DNA of 64,000 nucleotides, from NCBI GenBank assembly GCA_035390885.1, contig DAOOUW010000002.1, positions 12,092 to 76,091 on the forward strand. Direction: 5' to 3'. The notes beneath the pieces are model-generated. The model made no database searches, was not told where the DNA came from, and worked only from the letters and a program-made list of their open reading frames with translations. Source of the DNA: Bacteroidota bacterium (GTDB taxonomy: Bacteria; Bacteroidota; Ignavibacteria; UBA10030). Shown here one piece after another: positions 18,308 to 28,298 of this stretch (its first letter is position 1; the number at the start of each line of letters is the position of its first letter). The translations under genes and the position numbers were made by a program.

Positions 18308-19167
18308 AATTTCATTAGCGTAATTGCCAGCCATTCATTTTCGGATATTAAGTCGATAGCGCTCAATCGATATTTAGCAAAAATTGGAATAAGGGATTCA
18401 CCATCCGATGTGAGGATACCTGAAAAAATTGCAATGCTTCCAACTTTCATTCGATGTGTGAGTGCAGGAAGAACTTTTTGAATTGTTGGCACGTCGATGT
18501 TTGCAACGATAAGAGAAAAAGTTCGATTCGGAATTTTTGATTCATTGCCAGAAAGCACTTTGACAATATTCTGAACTCTGTTTCGCTTCACATTTTCTTT
18601 TGCATTTTCGATTGCCCAAGGATCGTTATCAATTGCAATAATTGATCGAGCCCCTAACTTTGCAGCGGCAATAGCAAGAACTCCCGTCCCACAGCCAAAG
18701 TCTAAAACAGCGCCTTCGCCATTTACATATCGTTCAAGAAGCTCGAGCGATAATCGCGTTGTTTCGTGATGTCCAGTGCCAAAGGACATTTTCGGATCGA
18801 TGTGAAGAACAATTTTCCCAGCATCTTTCTTGCGGAGTTTTTTCCAGCTTGGTTTGATTATGATATGCGAGGTAGCCGACACTATTCCAGTATTTTTCTC
18901 CCATTGCTTATTCCAATTTTCTTCTTTTATTACTTTTCCTTTAATTGTCCAACGAAGCTTGGGGAATTCTTTTTTTAATCGTTCCAGCGTTGCTTCGATG
19001 ATTTTTTGCGCCTCAGCTTTTGTCTTCTTTGCAGGAATATAACACTCGATTGATTCTTCCTGCTCAACGAATCCTGTAAATCCTTGTTCCGAAAGTTGTC
19101 CTGAAATTATATCGTAGAATGATTTAGGAAGCGATACTGAAAACTGATACCAACGACGTTTATTCAT
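18304..19167 (-). CDS. prmA: Ribosomal protein L11 methyltransferase
   Basis: FGTGHHETTRLSLELLE and the SAM motif VLDFGCGTGVLAIAA. The likely start is MNKRRWYQFSV at 19167. The track ORF extends to 19212. Confidence 0.9.
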   Translation of the reverse strand: MNKRRWYQFSVSLPKSFYDIISGQLSEQGFTGFVEQEESIECYIPAKKTKAEAQKIIEATLERLKKEFPKLRWTIKGKVIKEENWNKQWEKNTGIVSATSHIIIKPSWKKLRKKDAGKIVLHIDPKMSFGTGHHETTRLSLELLERYVNGEGAVLDFGCGTGVLAIAAAKLGARSIIAIDNDPWAIENAKENVKRNRVQNIVKVLSGNESKIPNRTFSLIVANIDVPTIQKVLPALTHRMKVGSIAIFSGILTSDGESLIPIFAKYRLSAIDLISENEWLAITLMKL

Positions 19168-19819
19168 ACTTCTTCTCTTGTTGTGGAAATTGTTCGAGTA
19201 ATGATTTAACAAGCTCCTTATTTAGATGAAGCCACAAAATTTGATCCTGATAATTTTCCTGCATTTTTCTTTCAGCCTTGTTGTACCGTACTGTAAGATA
19301 ATATATTCCAAACATTACAATCGAATAGACAAGAAGCTGCACATTAAGGTAAGAGAATCCGTATGAAAGAAAAGCGGAAAGAATGAAGACTAGTGCAATG
19401 ATTCCAAACCAAAATGATGTTCGCCTGATTTGAATGATGATAGAATAGATCGTTCCAAAAAAGATAATTTTTTCATGGAATCGGTCAGGAATATGATTGT
19501 TGAGAATGTAAAAGTACAACTGTTTTGCTTCATCGTCGTTGAGTGCATGGGTTGTTCCGGTACGAGAGAGCGTTTGCAGGTATGCGCTTGGCTGATTTTC
19601 CTGAAACGCTTTTCGACGTTTTGGCATTTCCTGTGCATACATTGTTAAACCACTAATGAGAATAGTGAATAGAAAAAATAGTACTTGCTCACCAATCGAG
19701 AATGTGATAGGTTGTTTGCCCACAATTGCAATCTTGATAAATGCAAAGAGAACTGTTGCAAAATTAAATCCAGGGATGAAAATTTTTAGACACTCCGATA
19801 ATATAAACGATGAATTCAT
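19160..19819 (-). CDS. Hypothetical integral membrane protein
   Basis: 219 aa with four hydrophobic segments and no motif I recognise. It has 4-nt and 8-nt overlaps with dacB and prmA, suggesting co-translation. Confidence 0.5.
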   Translation of the reverse strand: MNSSFILSECLKIFIPGFNFATVLFAFIKIAIVGKQPITFSIGEQVLFFLFTILISGLTMYAQEMPKRRKAFQENQPSAYLQTLSRTGTTHALNDDEAKQLYFYILNNHIPDRFHEKIIFFGTIYSIIIQIRRTSFWFGIIALVFILSAFLSYGFSYLNVQLLVYSIVMFGIYYLTVRYNKAERKMQENYQDQILWLHLNKELVKSLLEQFPQQEKKYE

Positions 19820-21309
19820 GGTATTCTTTGTATAAAATTATTTCTACTTATTGTTGTTAATGCAACAGCAATGCTATCTTGAAGTGAGCGAGCAGCGCCT
19901 GCTTTTCCTATAAAGTGCTGCATCATTACTGTAAATGCAAGAAGCTCATTATCGGCTGTAGTTGCATATCCTGCCAGACAACTTACACCTTGCAATGTTC
20001 CTGTTTTTGCTCTTACGTTATTTTCTGCTGGCGTACCACACATTCGTTGTTCTAATGTGCCGTCGACACAGGGTTGAGGCAGTAGGGAATAGAGCCGCAG
20101 AAACAAATCTTTTCTATGAGCAATTTCGGTAAGAAATTGCATAAGAACATCTGCATTGACAAGATTGTAACGCGATACACCCGAACCATCAACGATACGC
20201 ATTGTTGTAGTATCAATTCCGAGTGAATTTAGAAATTGATAAAGAACAGTAATGCCATTTTTCGATGTACCCGGCACCCCAAATGTTACGGCAGCAATTG
20301 TTTTCAAAACATTCTCAGCGGCAAGATTATTACTATTCTTAAGCATCGAGCTCAATACTGTATCCAACGGCGTGCATACTGTTGCAATTGGTACAGCGGA
20401 AGAGGGAAGCGTTCCTTTCTTACAATTTCCCAAAACTTGTAGTTCGTGTACTTTAAGTGTTGTGCGAAAGAGCTCGCCTGCAAATAGTTCTGGTTTTGGT
20501 ACCGACTTTGTAAAATATAACACTGGATCGCTTGTCCTTACGCATCCCGACACTTTAAGCGTTGTGCTTTCAGGAAATCCAGTCCATTCTAAGGAAATAG
20601 TTCTATTTTCCGAGTTTGTAACCATACATGCAGAATTATTCGTGTGGTAAAATGTTGTTGATGGTAGCACACTGATAATAGGTTGCGACTGTATTGCAAC
20701 ACTTGGAATAATCACTACCTGTATGGAATTGTTATTGATTGAAAGTGGAGAAATAATTGGCGCGTCAGGATCGCCGGCATCATCCCACGCCCATCCTTCA
20801 CCCCAATACAAGGAATCAAAAAATGAATTATCGATGACAACATCGCCGCATACTTGCCCGATTCCATGTTGTGCAATTTGTGTGGCAAGAAGATCGATAT
20901 CCTGTGGCATCAATAGTGGATCCCCAAATCCTTTCAAATAGATATTCGAAACGGAAGAAGCGTTGATTTCATTCGAGTCAACATACACAACTGTTTCGAA
21001 GCAATAATTCTGCGGTAATGTGTATAAAGCTGCCGCTGCTGTAAGAAGTTTGAGCGTTGAAGCTGGATGAAAATTGAGAGAACTGTTTCGTTCGTAGAGA
21101 GTTTCATTTCTATCAATTGCAACAACTTTTATGGAAGTAGTCGTTCCGCTAGGAGCATAAGCTGCAAGAAGAGAATCTATTTGCTCACCGATTGGAACAA
21201 AATAATGTGAAGGTGGTTGTAGAGCTCTTGTATATTTTTGTACCGGAGCGCTGCATCCTATCATGAAAAGTAAAATTGTATAAATTGCGATTTTGTTTTT
21301 TGACTTCAT
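19816..21309 (-). CDS. dacB: D-alanyl-D-alanine carboxypeptidase/endopeptidase (PBP4, peptidase S13)
   Basis: Motifs SxxK (PASTLKLL), SxN (KNSNNLAAE) and KTG (RAKTGTL). A lipobox-like signal is present (MKSKNKIAIYTILLFMIGCS, start 21309). The track ORF extends to 21345. Confidence 0.85.
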   Translation of the reverse strand: MKSKNKIAIYTILLFMIGCSAPVQKYTRALQPPSHYFVPIGEQIDSLLAAYAPSGTTTSIKVVAIDRNETLYERNSSLNFHPASTLKLLTAAAALYTLPQNYCFETVVYVDSNEINASSVSNIYLKGFGDPLLMPQDIDLLATQIAQHGIGQVCGDVVIDNSFFDSLYWGEGWAWDDAGDPDAPIISPLSINNNSIQVVIIPSVAIQSQPIISVLPSTTFYHTNNSACMVTNSENRTISLEWTGFPESTTLKVSGCVRTSDPVLYFTKSVPKPELFAGELFRTTLKVHELQVLGNCKKGTLPSSAVPIATVCTPLDTVLSSMLKNSNNLAAENVLKTIAAVTFGVPGTSKNGITVLYQFLNSLGIDTTTMRIVDGSGVSRYNLVNADVLMQFLTEIAHRKDLFLRLYSLLPQPCVDGTLEQRMCGTPAENNVRAKTGTLQGVSCLAGYATTADNELLAFTVMMQHFIGKAGAARSLQDSIAVALTTISRNNFIQRIP

Positions 21310-21502
21310 TGTAAACATAATGGTAGAAAAAGGAAAAAAATGCAAATTTTCTGTGCAAACCGTTTTCTTGTTTCAAGGGTATAAAATAGGTATATTTTAC
21401 TACAATAAATTCAACTTGAAAACTGATTATTTACTGTGAATAATAATCACATTAATCTTCTGAAAATATTTTCCATAGCTTTTGAAAAAGAAAGATAGTT
21501 CT

Positions 21503-24500
21503 ATGCTGCAATTCTTTAAAAATTTATTTGGAACGAAAAACGAGCGAGACGTTCAGGACCTATACCCTATTGTTGATGAAATCAACCGTTACTATGAGCA
21601 ATATCAATCATTGACGGATGACGAATTGCGTGCAAAAACCACTGAGTTCAAACAGCGAATCAAAGAAGCAATTCAACCTAAAGAAGAAGAGCTTGCCAAC
21701 ATTAAGTCCCGACTGAGTGAGCAAACATCGTTTGAAGAGCGTGAGGAATTATATCAAAAAATCGATGACATAGAAAAAGAAATTGATGAGACAATCGAAG
21801 AAACTCTGAATGAGCTTTTACCAGAAGCATTTGCTGTTGTAAAGGATGCTTGCCGTCGGCTGATGGGAAAATCATGGGAAGCTGCTGGAAGCAAAATTGT
21901 TTGGGATATGATTCCTTTTGATGTGCAGTTGGTTGGAGCGATTGTACTTCATCAAGGAAAAATTGCAGAAATGGCAACAGGCGAAGGGAAGACGCTTGTT
22001 GCAACAATGCCGTGCTATCTCAACGCTCTTTCTGGTCGCGGCGTCCATGTTGTAACCGTAAACGATTATCTGGCTCTACGCGATAGTCAATGGATGGGAA
22101 AAGTATATGAATTCCTTGGATTGACTGTCGGTTGTATCCTTCAAAATATGGATGCGCGCCAGCGCCGTGTTCAGTATGCTGCCGATATTACATACGGCAC
22201 AAATAACGAGTTTGGATTCGATTATCTGCGAGATAATATGGTTCTTAGCGCCGATGAGATGGTGCAGCGACCTTATAATTATGCCATTGTCGACGAAGTT
22301 GATAGTGTTCTCATAGATGAAGCTCGTACGCCGCTTATCATTAGTGGACCTGTAGAATCCGAGGAACACAAATTTAATGAGATGAAGCCATACGTTGAGC
22401 GCCTCTACAAAGCTCAGGTTAATCTTATTGCAAAAATTACTGCAGATGCAGAGACACTTCTTCAACAAGGGAAAATGGATGAAGCTGGAGTGCTTCTTCT
22501 TCGAGCTCAAAGAGGTCTTCCAAAAAATAAAAAACTGCTCAAGATATTATCTGAGCCATCGAATAAAACTCTCGTTCAAAAGACTGAGCGTGAATTTCTT
22601 CAGGATCAAGGCGCACGCATGCATGAAATTGATGATGAACTTTATTTCAGCATCGATGAAAAATCGCACACAATTGATCTAACCAATAAAGGCACAACAT
22701 TCCTTGCCCAAATTTATCCAGGGAACGATAAGGACTTGTTTATCATTCCAGATATCAGCGCCGAACTCAGTCTTATCGAAGGGGATACAAATCTATCGCT
22801 CGAAGAAAAACAACGACGTAAAGATGAAGTGAATAAACTCTTTGCCGACAGAAGCGATCGTATCCATACAATTCATCAGCTCTTGAATGCTTACTGCCTC
22901 TATGAAAAAGATGTTGAGTACGTTGTGTCTGAAGATGGCAAAATAATGATCGTTGATGAATTTACAGGCCGATTGTTGCCTGGGCGACGATATTCTGAAG
23001 GACTTCATCAAGCAATTGAAGCAAAAGAAGGAGTGAAAGTCGAGCGGGATACACAAACCCTTGCGACGATTACGCTACAGAATTATTTCAGAATGTACAA
23101 GAAGTTAGCTGGAATGACAGGAACAGCAGAAACTGAAGCTGCTGAATTTTACGACATCTACAAACTTGATGTAGTTGTTATTCCTACAAATAAACCTATT
23201 ATCCGAATTGATTTCGACGATCAGGTTTATAAAACAAAGCGTGAAAAGTATAATGCAGTCATAACAGAAATCGAAGAGATGCGGAAGGTGCAGCGTCCAG
23301 TTCTTGTTGGAACAACAAGCGTTGAAGTTTCCGAGACGATTAGCAGGATGTTGAAGCGAAAAGGAATTCCTCACAACGTTCTCAATGCTAAACATCATCA
23401 ACGTGAAGCTGAAATAATTGCGCATGCTGGCTTACCTGGTTCGGTTACAATTGCCACAAATATGGCGGGTCGTGGAACGGATATTAAACTCGGTCCTGGA
23501 GTGAAAGAACTCGGTGGACTTCATATTATTGGAACAGAGCGACACGAAGCACGACGAATTGATAGACAATTACGAGGACGGGCTGGACGGCAGGGCGATC
23601 CTGGTTCCTCGAGATTTTATCTTTCGCTCGAAGATGATTTAATGCGACTCTTTGGTAGCGAGCGTATCGCTCGAGTTATGGAGCGTATGGGATTGCAAGA
23701 GGGTGAAGTTATTCAACATCCGATGATTACGAAGTCTGTTGAGCGTGCTCAGAAGAAAGTTGAAGAAAACAACTACGGCATCCGTAAGCGATTACTCGAG
23801 TACGATAATGTCATGAACCAGCAACGCGAAGTTATCTACGCACGGAGACGCCATGCGCTGATAGGTGAACGACTACGCGATGATATTTTTGATATGCTTC
23901 AAGATGTTGTAACAAAAATCGTTCAAAAATACTATGGAGAGGGAGATATTGAAGGACTTCAACAGGAAGTTCGTTCTAAATTCCTCGTCAATCTTGATAT
24001 TACGCCAGACCAATTCCAATCATTCGGTGAAAAAGGACTTATCGAAGAAATTGTTCGCCGGGCGCAGGAATTTTACCATCGTAAAGAAGAGCAACTTGGC
24101 TCTGAAATTATGGGGCAAATCGAAAAAATTGTAATGCTTCAGGTGATCGATGCAAAGTGGCGCGACCATTTACGTGAACTTGATGATTTGAAGGAGGGAA
24201 TTCATCTTCGTGGTTATGGACAAAAAGATCCGCTCGTTGAGTATAAGACCGAAGCTTTCTCGATGTTTGTTGAGCTTATGGAAATGATTTCGAACGAAGT
24301 ACTCGAATTAGTATTCAAATTATATCCTGAACGTCCAGAACAACTTCCACCGTTACAGCAACGGAGAGCGCCGCGTCGAGGACAACTTGTATACCAGCAT
24401 GAATCTGCACTTGGCGCTGGTTTACAACCTAACCATGCGCCGGTTCCGGGTGAAGCGCAACAAGCAGCAGGCAGCCCAACAAAAGTACAAACAGTTCACG

Positions 24501-24577
24501 TTCCTAAAAAAGTTGGCAGAAATGAACCTTGTCCCTGCGGAAGCGGTAAGAAGTATAAAAATTGCCATGGCGCTTAA
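21503..24577 (+). CDS. secA: Preprotein translocase ATPase SecA
   Basis: MLQFFKNLFGTKNERDV N-terminus, Walker A MATGEGKTLVA, DEVD box, and C-terminal zinc motif CPCGSGKKYKNCHG. The track ORF starts at TTG 21482; I prefer the ATG at 21503. Confidence 0.97.
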   Translation: MLQFFKNLFGTKNERDVQDLYPIVDEINRYYEQYQSLTDDELRAKTTEFKQRIKEAIQPKEEELANIKSRLSEQTSFEEREELYQKIDDIEKEIDETIEETLNELLPEAFAVVKDACRRLMGKSWEAAGSKIVWDMIPFDVQLVGAIVLHQGKIAEMATGEGKTLVATMPCYLNALSGRGVHVVTVNDYLALRDSQWMGKVYEFLGLTVGCILQNMDARQRRVQYAADITYGTNNEFGFDYLRDNMVLSADEMVQRPYNYAIVDEVDSVLIDEARTPLIISGPVESEEHKFNEMKPYVERLYKAQVNLIAKITADAETLLQQGKMDEAGVLLLRAQRGLPKNKKLLKILSEPSNKTLVQKTEREFLQDQGARMHEIDDELYFSIDEKSHTIDLTNKGTTFLAQIYPGNDKDLFIIPDISAELSLIEGDTNLSLEEKQRRKDEVNKLFADRSDRIHTIHQLLNAYCLYEKDVEYVVSEDGKIMIVDEFTGRLLPGRRYSEGLHQAIEAKEGVKVERDTQTLATITLQNYFRMYKKLAGMTGTAETEAAEFYDIYKLDVVVIPTNKPIIRIDFDDQVYKTKREKYNAVITEIEEMRKVQRPVLVGTTSVEVSETISRMLKRKGIPHNVLNAKHHQREAEIIAHAGLPGSVTIATNMAGRGTDIKLGPGVKELGGLHIIGTERHEARRIDRQLRGRAGRQGDPGSSRFYLSLEDDLMRLFGSERIARVMERMGLQEGEVIQHPMITKSVERAQKKVEENNYGIRKRLLEYDNVMNQQREVIYARRRHALIGERLRDDIFDMLQDVVTKIVQKYYGEGDIEGLQQEVRSKFLVNLDITPDQFQSFGEKGLIEEIVRRAQEFYHRKEEQLGSEIMGQIEKIVMLQVIDAKWRDHLRELDDLKEGIHLRGYGQKDPLVEYKTEAFSMFVELMEMISNEVLELVFKLYPERPEQLPPLQQRRAPRRGQLVYQHESALGAGLQPNHAPVPGEAQQAAGSPTKVQTVHVPKKVGRNEPCPCGSGKKYKNCHGA

Positions 24578-24604
24578 CACCTACAAGTTGCCTTATTCTT
24601 TAAA

Positions 24605-25492
24605 ATGAAGGCTGGTTACGTTGCATTGGTGGGGAAACCCAACGTCGGTAAATCAACTCTCTTGAATTCTATTTTAAATCAGAAACTTTCGATTGTTTCG
24701 AAACGACCTCAGACAACCCGTCAAAGAGTTCTCGGTATTCTCACTGAACCTGATTATCAGATCGTCTTCATTGATACGCCTGGTTTAATCGAGCCTTGCT
24801 ATGCTCTTCAGCGAGAGATGATGAAACACGCACAAGGCGCATTAAAAGATGCAGATGTCATTGTTGCTATTGTAGATCACGTAAATATAGAAGAACAACT
24901 AAACGCGATACAAGAGAATGTGCTTGCTGTCGTCGAAAGCAAGCCTGTATTGTGCGCCTTAAACAAAATTGATATGCTCGACGGCGCTCAACGAAAAATG
25001 CTCGAAGAAAGATGTTCCTCGTTCAAAGATTTTTCATCAATAACACCAGTGTCGGCAACTACGAGAGAAAATCTCGATGTGCTTCTTTCGAATATTCTAA
25101 ACTATTTACCCGAGCATCCAGCATACTATCCTGAAGATATTGTAAGCGATAAAGCAGAGCGATTTTTTGTAGCTGAACTCATTCGGGAAAAAATATTCGA
25201 ACTCTACTATGATGAGATTCCTTATGCGAGCGTTGTAGTCGTCAGGGAATTTAAGGAACGAGAGCAAGGGAAAACTTATATTCGAGCTGATATCATTGTC
25301 GAACGTGAATCACAAAAAATAATTCTTATTGGAAAAAACGGTGAAGCGCTAAAAAAGCTTGGACAATTCGCTCGGCAATCAATTGAATTATTTTTAGAAC
25401 GAGAAGTGTACCTTGAGCTTCATGTCGTTGTTCGGAAAAAATGGCGTAACAATGAACTCATGCTTCGCCAATTTGGTTATATTGCTTCATAG
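24605..25492 (+). CDS. era: GTPase Era
   Basis: G1 GKPNVGKSTL, G3 DTPG, G4 NKID, and a C-terminal KH domain. 295 aa. Confidence 0.95.
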   Translation: MKAGYVALVGKPNVGKSTLLNSILNQKLSIVSKRPQTTRQRVLGILTEPDYQIVFIDTPGLIEPCYALQREMMKHAQGALKDADVIVAIVDHVNIEEQLNAIQENVLAVVESKPVLCALNKIDMLDGAQRKMLEERCSSFKDFSSITPVSATTRENLDVLLSNILNYLPEHPAYYPEDIVSDKAERFFVAELIREKIFELYYDEIPYASVVVVREFKEREQGKTYIRADIIVERESQKIILIGKNGEALKKLGQFARQSIELFLEREVYLELHVVVRKKWRNNELMLRQFGYIAS

Positions 25493-25499
25493 AAACAAA

Positions 25500-26405
25500 A
25501 TGAATTTACGATCGCGTATTATCTTATCTTACATTTTTCTATGTATCGTTTGGGGAACCACCTGGTCAATAGTAAAAATCGGACTTGGAATATTTCCGCC
25601 AATTCTTTACGCTGCTCTTCGTTTTTTAATTGCTTCCATCGTTCTTGGATTATTCGTTAAAAAAATTCCATCAACAATTCTCAAAGATCGTACTTTTAGA
25701 AAAATTGTTTTGATTCTTACTCTCTTTGAATATTCATTGTCATTCGTATTGATGTACTTTGGACAAATATACATCTCATCTTCGCTAGCGTCGGTACTGT
25801 TTGCTACCTTTCCACTTATGGTCGCAATTGTTACACATTATTCAATCCCTGATGATCGATTGAATAAACGGCAATATGCCGGCATTATTTTCGGCTTCAT
25901 TGGAGTATTTGTACTCTTTGCACCATCTTCCGAACCGTTATCGTCTTCTGTAATTCTTGGAATGCTTGCTATTCTTTTAAGCGCTTTTCTTCAATCTATT
26001 TCTGTTATTGTTGTACGAAAATATGGTCAGAGTTATAGTAGTATGCACTACAATTTTCTTGCAATGGTTTTGAGTACTCTTCTCTTGTTGTTCATGAGTT
26101 TTTGCTTCGAAGATTTTTCTTCAACCTATTTTTCTCGTAATGGAATTTTGTCTTTACTGTTTTTAGGAATTTTCGGATTGGCGTTACCGTACGTAATTTA
26201 TTTTTGGCTTATCAAGTATCTTAAACCACAAATTCTTTCGCTCTCGGCATTTATTACACCGCTCATTGCTATTGCCATTGGACTTCTCTGGTTGAATGAA
26301 ACGTGGACTCATCAAATGACTCTCGGTTCTATCGCTGTGATTTTGGGAATTCTTATAACGCTCTGGGATACAACGCTCGTGAAAAGAATAGATCATTCAT
26401 CATAA
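25500..26405 (+). CDS. DMT superfamily (EamA-like) transporter
   Basis: Ten hydrophobic helices arranged as two EamA repeats. The ATG at 25500 follows the era stop. The track ORF starts at 25413, inside era. Confidence 0.8.
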   Translation: MNLRSRIILSYIFLCIVWGTTWSIVKIGLGIFPPILYAALRFLIASIVLGLFVKKIPSTILKDRTFRKIVLILTLFEYSLSFVLMYFGQIYISSSLASVLFATFPLMVAIVTHYSIPDDRLNKRQYAGIIFGFIGVFVLFAPSSEPLSSSVILGMLAILLSAFLQSISVIVVRKYGQSYSSMHYNFLAMVLSTLLLLFMSFCFEDFSSTYFSRNGILSLLFLGIFGLALPYVIYFWLIKYLKPQILSLSAFITPLIAIAIGLLWLNETWTHQMTLGSIAVILGILITLWDTTLVKRIDHSS

Positions 26406-26419
26406 TTTTTTTATTTCTC

Positions 26420-28291
26420 ATGGTTCAAAATTCTGGACAAGACATTTATAACATACCTTTGAAAGATAAATTGAAGCATCTTCCATCAGAGCCGGGCGTC
26501 TATCGTTTTCTGAATAGGGAAGGAACAGTAATTTATGTTGGAAAAGCTCAGAATCTTCGCTCTCGCGTTCGTCAGTATTTCCATCGCTCTCGAACTGCCG
26601 ATCCTCGCATCAGCTCTATGGTTCAAAAAATTTATGATCTAGAAATTACTGTAACAAAAACTGTAGTTGAGGCATTGATTCTAGAGGCTAATCTCATCAA
26701 AGAGTTAAAGCCGCGCTACAATGTTGTTTTGAAGGACGATAAAAGTTATCCGTACATTATCATCACCGATGAAGAATATCCGCGTGTTTTTGTTACTCGA
26801 AAGCGCTTACATGGAAAAGCGCAATACTTCGGACCATATACCGATGTCCGCACAATACGTTCCGCATTAAAAACAGTTCGAACGATCTTTATGGTACGAA
26901 GTTGCAATTATGATTTGACGGAGTCTTCGATTGCGCAACATAAGTTCAAGCTTTGTCTTGATTATCATATTAAAAAATGCGGCGGTCCCTGTGAAGGTTT
27001 GGTACCAAAAACAGAATATCAAGCTATGATACGACAGGTAGCAAATGTACTGCGTGGAAAAACTCGACCCGTTCAAAAATATTTAGAAAATGAAATGGAA
27101 CGTCTTTCTGCAAATATGCAATTTGAAGATGCAGCTTATTACCGTGATAAAATTCAGCAGTTAAAAGTTTATGAAGAGAAGCAACAAATGATTGATCCAC
27201 GGGAACGAGATAGAGATATTTTCGGACTTGTTGTGAGCGGCAATGATGGATGCTGCGTTTTATTCCGCGCAAGAGAAGGCAAAATTGTTAACAATCAACA
27301 TTTCTATCTTACGCATGCTCAAGAACAATCGAAAGGTGAATTACTCGAAAATGTAATCGAACATTATTATCTCGATACCGATGATTTTCCTGATTTTATT
27401 CTTCTTCCGTTCGACATTCCATCGAAAGAAGTTATCGAAGAATGGTTGAAGTCGAATTCTTCTCATGCAATTTCACTGCTTCTACCATCGAGCGAAGACG
27501 ATCGTCGTCTTATCGATCTTGTAACAATGAATGCTCAATATCGTCTGGATGAATTGCTTCTTCTTCGAGAGCAAAGGGAAGGGACGATTCCCGAATCATT
27601 AAAAGCGTTGCAACATGATTTACAACTGCCTGCACTGCCTCGTCGAATTGACTGCTTCGATGTTTCGACTCTACAAGGAAGCGATTCGGTGGCTTCGATG
27701 GTTGTTTTTGTTGACGGGAAGCCGAAGAAGAGCGAATATCGAAAATTTCAGATTAAAACCGTCGAGGGACAGGACGATTTTGCAAGTATGCGTGAGATCA
27801 TCGAACGACGCTATAGCAAAGTTACAGATGAAACGAAGCCCGATCTCATCGTCATCGATGGCGGAAAAGGACAGTTGAGCAGTGCACAAGAAATTCTTCG
27901 AACACTCAAACTTGACATTCCGATATTAGGATTAGCAAAACGGCTCGAGGAAATTTATTTACCAGATCAATCGGAACCGCAGTTGCTTCCAAAAACATCT
28001 TCGAGTTTACGACTCCTTCAACGCATTCGTGATGAAGCTCATCGCTTTGCTGTTCAGTACCATCGAACGGTACGTTCCAAACGCATATTGAAAACCGAAC
28101 TGGAGCTTATCGAAGGTGTCGGGAAGAAGCGAGCAACTCAACTTCTTGAAACATTTGGATCTGTTGATGGAATTCAGGCAGCGTCCATAGAACAACTATC
28201 GAACGTTGTAGGTCAAAAAGTCGCTTCCCGAATTCACGAGTATTTCTCATCGAAAGCTGAAGCCTCAAATACATCTCCCTCAATAAAATAA
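26420..28291 (+). CDS. uvrC: Excinuclease ABC subunit C
   Basis: GIY-YIG N-terminus (PGVYRFLNREGTVIYVGKAQNLRSRV), a UVR domain, an endonuclease V-like domain and a C-terminal HhH (IEGVGKKRATQLL). I prefer the ATG at 26420. Confidence 0.95.
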   Translation: MVQNSGQDIYNIPLKDKLKHLPSEPGVYRFLNREGTVIYVGKAQNLRSRVRQYFHRSRTADPRISSMVQKIYDLEITVTKTVVEALILEANLIKELKPRYNVVLKDDKSYPYIIITDEEYPRVFVTRKRLHGKAQYFGPYTDVRTIRSALKTVRTIFMVRSCNYDLTESSIAQHKFKLCLDYHIKKCGGPCEGLVPKTEYQAMIRQVANVLRGKTRPVQKYLENEMERLSANMQFEDAAYYRDKIQQLKVYEEKQQMIDPRERDRDIFGLVVSGNDGCCVLFRAREGKIVNNQHFYLTHAQEQSKGELLENVIEHYYLDTDDFPDFILLPFDIPSKEVIEEWLKSNSSHAISLLLPSSEDDRRLIDLVTMNAQYRLDELLLLREQREGTIPESLKALQHDLQLPALPRRIDCFDVSTLQGSDSVASMVVFVDGKPKKSEYRKFQIKTVEGQDDFASMREIIERRYSKVTDETKPDLIVIDGGKGQLSSAQEILRTLKLDIPILGLAKRLEEIYLPDQSEPQLLPKTSSSLRLLQRIRDEAHRFAVQYHRTVRSKRILKTELELIEGVGKKRATQLLETFGSVDGIQAASIEQLSNVVGQKVASRIHEYFSSKAEASNTSPSIK

Positions 28292-28298
28292 ATTGATA

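Noticed and set aside
21346-21481. Inverted repeat TGATTATT-N10-AATAATCA in the dacB/secA divergent region, considered as an operator
   Set aside because: It is a short AT-only palindrome in an AT-rich promoter region, with no second copy or known binding consensus.
21482-21502. TTG start giving SecA an MKKKDSS extension
   Set aside because: The in-frame ATG at 21503 gives the canonical SecA N-terminus MLQFFKNLFG. The extension is probably an artefact of allowing alternative starts.
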